Positions 58,824-64,000 of a DNA stretch of 64,000 nucleotides are shown here, in pieces. How positions within the stretch are numbered: the stretch's first letter is position 1; the number at the start of each line of letters is the position of its first letter. The notes beneath the pieces are model-generated. The model saw only the letters and a program-made list of their open reading frames with translations, did no database searches and was not told where the DNA came from. The stretch lies in contig JBBAAN010000004.1 of NCBI GenBank assembly GCA_041658225.1, forward strand, positions 2,945-66,944. Direction: 5' to 3'. Made by a program: the position numbers and the translations under genes. The stretch is from Actinomycetota bacterium (GTDB lineage: Bacteria; Actinomycetota; CALGFH01; JBBAAN01).

Positions 58824-58829
58824 TATAAT
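58824..58829 (+). promoter_or_regulatory. -10 hexamer TATAAT lying 7 nt before ATG 58837 (leaderless-mRNA configuration) for the HTH-NTase/HEPN pair
   Basis: Perfect TATAAT in a locally AT-rich patch. No RBS lies between it and the ATG. Confidence 0.4.
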
Positions 58830-58836
58830 GACTCTT

Positions 58837-59337
58837 ATGAACCGGGCAGCCGTTCTGATCGCAAACGCCCGTCGAGCGGCCGGGCTGAGCCAAGCCGAAT
58901 TGGCGCGGCGGGCCGGAACCTCCCAGCCCGCGGTGGCACTGTATGAGTCGGGGGCCAAGGCTCCCAACGCCGCGACGCTCGAGCGCCTACTTCGTGCCGC
59001 GGGTGCCGAACTCCAAGTGGTATCGGTGCCCGGCCGGCGCAGACCTCGCGGGAGTCTGCGTCAGCTTCTCCTCGAGCATCGTGAGGCGATCCTCGCGGCC
59101 GCCGCGCGGCACCACGCGTCCAACGTGTGCATCTTCGGGTCGGTGGCGCGCGGACAGGAAAGAGGCGGCTCGGACGTGGACCTTCTGGTCGACTTCGACC
59201 TGGGTTGCTCCTTGCTGGATCAAGTTCGTCTGCGGCGAGAATTGACTCACCTGCTCGGTGTGGAAGTCGACGTGGTCAGCGCGAGAGGGCTGCTCGAATC
59301 CGATCAGCACATCAGAGACGAAGCAGTGGCGATCTGA
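58837..59337 (+). CDS. XRE-family HTH fused to a minimal nucleotidyltransferase (MntA-like antitoxin component)
   Basis: HTH LSQAELARRAGTSQPAVALYESG; NTase motif IFGSVARGQERGGSDVDLLVDF (GS-X10-DxD). Alternative starts 58789 and 58828. Confidence 0.75.
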   Translation: MNRAAVLIANARRAAGLSQAELARRAGTSQPAVALYESGAKAPNAATLERLLRAAGAELQVVSVPGRRRPRGSLRQLLLEHREAILAAAARHHASNVCIFGSVARGQERGGSDVDLLVDFDLGCSLLDQVRLRRELTHLLGVEVDVVSARGLLESDQHIRDEAVAI

Positions 59338-59411
59338 TGGTGAATCGAAGGGCCGTGCGCAGTCGGTTGCGAGGGCATCACACCAGGTGCGAAGCGGTGG
59401 CGATCTGATGG
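59319..59411 (+). repeat. 71-bp tandem duplication of the NTase 3' end and stop/start junction (CGAAGC[A/G]GTGGCGATCTGATGG x2). It creates a 23-codon bridging uORF.
   Basis: Two 22-mers differing at 1 position, 71 bp apart. Each ends in the overlapping stop/start TGATGG. Confidence 0.7.
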
Positions 59412-59827
59412 CACGGCCCGGGGATTCGATTCCCGAAGGGTCGGCCCGGGCGGCACCAGGTGCTCGCCGGAGGTCACTCCGAGCGAAGGGCCGGCCTCTG
59501 ACCGAAGTCCTTCAAGATGTGGATGAAGCTGCGGATGCCGCGGCCGAGCTGGTGGCCAGGGGCAAGAGCGCCTGGAAGAGGGATCGGCTGCTGCGGCTGG
59601 CGGGCGAGGCGATAGTGGGGCGAGTTGCCGATGCGGCGAACCGGTTGCCCGAGGAGGTCAAGGAAACGATTCCGGACGTGCCGTGGGATGACGTGCGGGA
59701 CATCCGCATTGTGGTCGATCACATCTACCACCGCATTGACTACGAGGCCCTGTGGCAGACTCTGCGCGCGGACGTGCCCCATCTGCGGGAGCGGCTTCGA
59801 GAGTGGGTCAGGGCTGCCGGCCAGTGA
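59408..59827 (+). CDS. hepT: HepT-like HEPN-domain toxin (DUF86)
   Basis: 139 aa; RIVVDH (R-X4-H) HEPN motif; DUF86-like DYEALWQTLRADVPHL. Confidence 0.7.
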   Translation: MARPGDSIPEGSARAAPGARRRSLRAKGRPLTEVLQDVDEAADAAAELVARGKSAWKRDRLLRLAGEAIVGRVADAANRLPEEVKETIPDVPWDDVRDIRIVVDHIYHRIDYEALWQTLRADVPHLRERLREWVRAAGQ

Positions 59828-59859
59828 GATCGCGGCAGATTCACCGCCTCCCCATCTTC

Positions 59860-59912
59860 GGTAACCGTAGTTTTGAGGCGAGGGTCCCTCTTGGGTAACC
59901 ATAGTTTTGAGG
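59860..59912 (+). repeat. Two 19-bp direct repeats GGTAACC(G/A)TAGTTTTGAGG (59860-59878, 59894-59912) upstream of the rplM promoter
   Basis: 17 of 19 identical, 34-bp period, in an unusually AT-rich spacer. Confidence 0.6.
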
Positions 59913-59923
59913 TCATGCCTCGG

Positions 59924-59953
59924 TTGACTATGCTTCCGTGCCGCGGGTAAGAT
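59924..59953 (+). promoter_or_regulatory. rplM-rpsI promoter TTGACT-N18-TAAGAT
   Basis: 54 nt upstream of the rplM ATG. Confidence 0.45.
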
Positions 59954-60006
59954 CATCGACCGTTGTCGCAATTTGAATTTTCTCTAGTTTCCAAGGGAGT
60001 TCGGGC

Positions 60007-60453
60007 ATGCGCACCTTCTCGCCGCGACCGGCCGACATCCGTCGTGACTGGTTCGTCGTTGACGCGGAAGGGCAGGTTTTGGGTCGGATGGCCACGGACA
60101 TTGCCAGGATCCTTCGCGGCAAGCACAAGCCGATCTTCTCCCCCCACATGGACACGGGGGACTTCGTGATCGTGATCAATGCCAAGGGCGTCAAGCTCAC
60201 GGGCAACAAGCTGGTCGACAAGAAGGTCTACCGCCATTCCGGCTATCCGGGTGGTCTCAGGGAGATCTCCTACGCCCAGATCATGGCCGAGCGTCCCAAG
60301 GTCGCGGTGGAACGAGCGGTGAAGGGGATGCTTCCCCACAACCGCATCGGGAGCGCGATGTTCACCAAGTTGAAGGTCTACGACGGGTCGGAGCATCCCC
60401 ACAAGGCCCAGAAGCCCAAGCCCCTGGTCCTCGGGACCGGGGTGCAGCGGTAA
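60007..60453 (+). CDS. rplM: 50S ribosomal protein L13
   Basis: 148 aa matching L13. Confidence 0.95.
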   Translation: MRTFSPRPADIRRDWFVVDAEGQVLGRMATDIARILRGKHKPIFSPHMDTGDFVIVINAKGVKLTGNKLVDKKVYRHSGYPGGLREISYAQIMAERPKVAVERAVKGMLPHNRIGSAMFTKLKVYDGSEHPHKAQKPKPLVLGTGVQR

Positions 60454-60468
60454 GGAGGCAGAGCGCAC

Positions 60469-60909
60469 GTGACGGGTACTGAGGAAACCGTTCCCACCGC
60501 AGTCGGCCACTCGCTGGCCGGCGTGGTTCCGTCTCGGGGTACCGGGCGGCGCAAGGAGGCCGTGGCACGAGTGCGGCTCGTCTCCGGTACCGGGGAGATC
60601 ACTCTCAACGGCAGGCCGATCGTGGACTACTTCCCAACCAAGACGTTGCGGCGTCGGGTGATGGAGCCACTGCGGGTGACCGGCACGCAGGAGATCCTGG
60701 ACGTCATCGCGCGCATCGACGGAGGCGGGGTTTCCGGGCAGGCGGGCGCCGTTTCCCACGGCATCGCCCGGGCACTGTGCGAGCTCGACCCCGAGTTCCG
60801 CCCGCGGCTGAAGAAGGGCGGGTTCCTCACTCGGGACGCCCGCGTCAAGGAGCGGCGCAAGTACGGCCTGAAGAAGGCGCGCAAGGCTCCTCAGTACAGC
60901 AAGCGCTGA
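60469..60909 (+). CDS. rpsI: 30S ribosomal protein S9
   Basis: GTG start; C-terminal [17 protein letters not shown]. Confidence 0.93.
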   Translation: MTGTEETVPTAVGHSLAGVVPSRGTGRRKEAVARVRLVSGTGEITLNGRPIVDYFPTKTLRRRVMEPLRVTGTQEILDVIARIDGGGVSGQAGAVSHGIARALCELDPEFRPRLKKGGFLTRDARVKERRKYGLKKARKAPQYSKR

Positions 60910-61139
60910 TCTGGATTGCTTTCGGAAAGGGCCGCCCTCGCGGCCCTTTCCTCTTGGAGGGCCACCTGTCCGCGGGCACTCGCCGTCCGCTGGGGTGTGC
61001 CCGTGTCCACGCGGTCGCGTCCCCTCCTTGGGGACGACCCTGGGGGTGACCGTCAGCTTCGTCCCGGCCTTGCGTTCTTCTCTGTGGGTCGGCCCGCGCA
61101 GGTTTCGCTATCATGGCCGGGTTCCTATCTGGAGGTGAC

Positions 61140-62486
61140 ATGGGCAGGCTGTTCGGCACCGACGGGGTCCGCGGCGTGGCCAACGCCGATCTCACTCCCG
61201 AACTGGCGATGGCCATCGGGCGGGCGGCCGCGGGAGTGCTTCTCAAGGACTCTCATCGACCCTCGGTGGTGATCGGCCGCGACGGTCGGGCATCGGGCGA
61301 GATGCTGGAGGGCGCACTGGCCGCGGGTCTGGCGTCGGCCGGCGCCGAGGTCATGCTGGCCGGCGTGCTTCCCACTCCCGCAGTCGCTTTCCTGGCCTGC
61401 GCGCTCGGGGCCGATGTTGGCGCAGCGATCTCCGCGTCACACAACCCCGTGCGCGACAACGGCATCAAGTTCTTCGGCGAGGGTGGATTCAAGCTGCCCG
61501 ACGCCGTCGAGGAAGCCATAGAAGCGGCCCTGGAAAGCGAAGCCCAGCGGGCTCCCCGGCCGATGGGAGCCGAGGTCGGGCGCATCCGGCGGATTCCCAA
61601 CCCCTGGGTTTCCTACATCAACCACGTGTTGGAGCCAGGATACGACCTGTCCGGCATGAAGATCGCGGTGGACTGCGCCAACGGCGCGGCCTCGCGCACG
61701 ACGCCGGAGGCACTGCGCACCGCGGGCGCCGAGGTGTTCACGATCCACGACATTCCGGATGGAGCCAACATCAACGCCGGATGCGGATCGACCCACCCGG
61801 AAGGCATCCGGGAGTTCGTGAAGCAGACGGGCTCCGACGTGGGTCTGGCCCACGACGGGGACGCCGACCGACTGCTGGCCGTGGACGAGCAGGGCGAACT
61901 GGTGGACGGCGACCAGATCCTCGCGCTTTGCGCGATGCGGATGCGCGAGCAGGGCCGGCTTCCGGGCGAAACCCTCGTGACCACGGTCATGGCCAACCTC
62001 GGATTCCACCGGGCGATGGCGCGCCGGGGGATCAAGGTGCTCACGACCCCCGTCGGGGACCGCTACGTGCTGGAGGCCATGCGCGAAGGGGGATACAACC
62101 TGGGCGGGGAGCAGTCGGGCCACCTGATCTTCCTCGACCGTTCCACCACCGGTGACGGGCTGGTGACCGCGCTGGAACTCCTCGCGGTCCTGGCGAGCGA
62201 GAAGCGGCCCTTCTCCGAGGTGGCCCGCGTGATGGATCGTTTCCCTCAGGTGCTCATCAATGTGCGGGTGGCGGAGAGGATCTCCCTTGAAGAGCACCCG
62301 CGAGTGGGCGAGGCGATAGCCGAGGGCGAGGCGGAGTTGGGCCAGGAAGGCCGCGTGCTGGTTCGCCCTTCCGGCACCGAGCCCCTCGTGCGCGTTATGG
62401 TCGAGGCCGCCACGCAGGAGCTTGCGGATTCGACGGCGCGGCGCATCGCCGACGTGGTCGTTGTGGAGATGGGCGGCCGATACTAG
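61140..62486 (+). CDS. glmM: Phosphoglucosamine mutase
   Basis: Starts MGRLFGTDGVRG behind GGAGGTGA; active-site serine context SASHNP. The 61113 start in the ORF track is an upstream extension. Confidence 0.92.
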   Translation: MGRLFGTDGVRGVANADLTPELAMAIGRAAAGVLLKDSHRPSVVIGRDGRASGEMLEGALAAGLASAGAEVMLAGVLPTPAVAFLACALGADVGAAISASHNPVRDNGIKFFGEGGFKLPDAVEEAIEAALESEAQRAPRPMGAEVGRIRRIPNPWVSYINHVLEPGYDLSGMKIAVDCANGAASRTTPEALRTAGAEVFTIHDIPDGANINAGCGSTHPEGIREFVKQTGSDVGLAHDGDADRLLAVDEQGELVDGDQILALCAMRMREQGRLPGETLVTTVMANLGFHRAMARRGIKVLTTPVGDRYVLEAMREGGYNLGGEQSGHLIFLDRSTTGDGLVTALELLAVLASEKRPFSEVARVMDRFPQVLINVRVAERISLEEHPRVGEAIAEGEAELGQEGRVLVRPSGTEPLVRVMVEAATQELADSTARRIADVVVVEMGGRY

Positions 62487-62624
62487 AAGCCCAGGTGGCC
62501 CAAGGAAAGCCTGGGCGCGACTGGTAGGATGAGGCGTCTGTCCGGCGCGCCACCGGCCGTCGGAGACTCCCCGCGGGCCGGCCCTGTCATCCCTGACCCG
62601 CGAAGACACTCAGGGCGGCCTGGA

Positions 62625-64000
62625 ATGTGCGGAATCGTCGGCTACGTCGGCAAGGACGAGGCGCTGCCCTTCCTCCTGGAAGGCTTGCGGCGCCTGGAGT
62701 ATCGAGGGTACGACTCCGCCGGGGTGGCGGTGGCCGACCAGGGCGTGCTGCACGTGGTGCGAAAGGCCGGCAAACTTCGCGCCCTCGAGGAGGAGTTGGG
62801 CAACTCCTCTCCCGCCGGGACTTCCGGCATCGGGCACACGCGCTGGGCGACGCACGGCGCTCCCAGCGACCGAAACGCCCACCCACATCTGGACTGCCCC
62901 GGGCGCATCGCGGTGATCCATAACGGGATCCTCGAGAACTTCGCCGAGTTGCGCGAGCGACTTGTCGCCACCGGGCATCATTTCACCTCCCAGACCGACA
63001 CCGAGTGCCTGGCGCACCTGATCGAGGAGCACCGGCGCGACGGGGAGTCTCTGGCCGAGGCGGTGCGCGCCGCGCTTGGCGAGGTCGAGGGCTCCTTCGC
63101 GATCGGGGTCATCTGCGTGGACGAGCCCCACCTGATAGTGGGCGCCAAGCGCAGCCTGCCCCTCGTGGTCGGGCAGGGCGTGGGCGAGACCTTCCTCGCC
63201 TCCGACGTCACCGCTTTCCTGGGGCGCACCAAGGACGCGATTGTGCTGGAGGACGACCAGGTGGTGGAGCTTCGCCCGAGCGGGATCCGCCTGACGGATC
63301 TGGCCGGCAACCCCTCCGCCGGGCATCACCTGCGCGTTGAGTGGGACCTTGCCGCGGCCGAGAAGCAGGGCTACCCCACCTTCATGCTCAAGGAGATCTT
63401 CGAGCAGCCGCTGGCCGCTCGGGAGACGATGCGCGGGCGCTTCCGCTCCGACGGCTCGGTGGTGCTGGACGAACTGCGGATGGACGCCTCGACCGTCAAG
63501 GCCATCGACAAGGTGTTCGTGGTCGCCGCCGGGACGAGCTACCACGCGGGACTGGTGGCCAAGTACGCGATCGAGCACTGGACGCGCGTGCCGGTCGAGG
63601 TCGAGATGGCCAGCGAGTTTCGCTACCGCGATCCCGTGCTCGGCTCGCGCACGCTGGTGGTGGCCATCTCTCAGTCCGGTGAGACCGCCGACACCCTGGC
63701 CGCCGGCCGCCACGCACGCCAACAGGGCGCCCCGTTGCTGGCCGTGACCAACGTCGTCGGCTCCACGCTGGCGCGCCAATCCGACGCGGTTCTCTACACC
63801 CGGGCCGGCCCCGAGATCGGGGTGGCGGCGACCAAGACCTTCACCGCGCAGATGGTTGCGCTCTACGTGATCGGGCTCTACCTCGCTCAGGTCAAGGGAA
63901 GCCTTCCTTGCGAGGAGATCGCCGCCGCGGTCGGCGATCTGGACGAGATCCCGGGGCACATCGAGGGGGCGCTCTCGCGCGCCGGGGATGTCAGGCGCGC
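62625..64000 (+). CDS. glmS: Glutamine--fructose-6-phosphate aminotransferase, 5' portion (runs off the window end)
   Basis: MCGIVGYVG N-terminal nucleophile; GHTRWATHG; first SIS domain (AISQSGETADTL). The frame is open to the last base. Confidence 0.92.
   Translation, partial: MCGIVGYVGKDEALPFLLEGLRRLEYRGYDSAGVAVADQGVLHVVRKAGKLRALEEELGNSSPAGTSGIGHTRWATHGAPSDRNAHPHLDCPGRIAVIHNGILENFAELRERLVATGHHFTSQTDTECLAHLIEEHRRDGESLAEAVRAALGEVEGSFAIGVICVDEPHLIVGAKRSLPLVVGQGVGETFLASDVTAFLGRTKDAIVLEDDQVVELRPSGIRLTDLAGNPSAGHHLRVEWDLAAAEKQGYPTFMLKEIFEQPLAARETMRGRFRSDGSVVLDELRMDASTVKAIDKVFVVAAGTSYHAGLVAKYAIEHWTRVPVEVEMASEFRYRDPVLGSRTLVVAISQSGETADTLAAGRHARQQGAPLLAVTNVVGSTLARQSDAVLYTRAGPEIGVAATKTFTAQMVALYVIGLYLAQVKGSLPCEEIAAAVGDLDEIPGHIEGALSRAGDVRR

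Noticed and set aside
62487-62624. Possible glmS ribozyme in the glmM-glmS spacer
   Set aside because: The spacer is only 138 nt and lacks the conserved ribozyme core. It contains just a GC hairpin (62489-62516) right after the glmM stop, read as a terminator or stabiliser stem-loop with no U tract.
62610-63959. 449-aa minus-strand ORF
   Set aside because: Antisense to glmS, which is clearly encoded on the + strand from 62625.

Overview
High-GC (~68%) Actinobacteria-type chromosomal core segment, almost fully coding on the + strand. Gene order: 3' end of a canonical complex I operon (nuoG' H I J K L M N), a polyprenyl diphosphate synthase, then a second 11-gene complex-I-like operon (nuoA B C D H I J K L M N) with no nuoE/F/G. 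Next come htpX and a DUF4342 gene, a short insert carrying a serpin C-terminal remnant, and yajQ on the - strand. This is followed by tRNA-Tyr/Thr/Met, a tuf copy, rpmG, hadA/hadB-like dehydratases, tRNA-Trp, secE-nusG-rplK-rplA-rplJ-rplL-rpoB-rpoC, then the str operon (rpsL-rpsG-fusA-tuf), the S10/spc/alpha ribosomal operons through rplQ-truA, an HTH-nucleotidyltransferase/HEPN toxin-antitoxin pair, rplM-rpsI, glmM and the 5' part of glmS. The two tuf copies are nucleotide-identical over about 1.25 kb. No CRISPR array, transposase or integrase was seen. Features not explained by the standard annotation are: a small inverted-repeat element family placed immediately after stop codons (three copies, one an internal-deletion derivative of another); an insertion scar bounded by a duplicated yajQ 3' end; a 71-bp tandem duplication inside the TA module; and a recurring promoter architecture TTGAC-N17-TATCCT in front of the translation-apparatus operons. 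Most of the window is ordinary, highly conserved core genome. The items above are the best candidates for something new, but none of them is a clear-cut undescribed multi-gene system.
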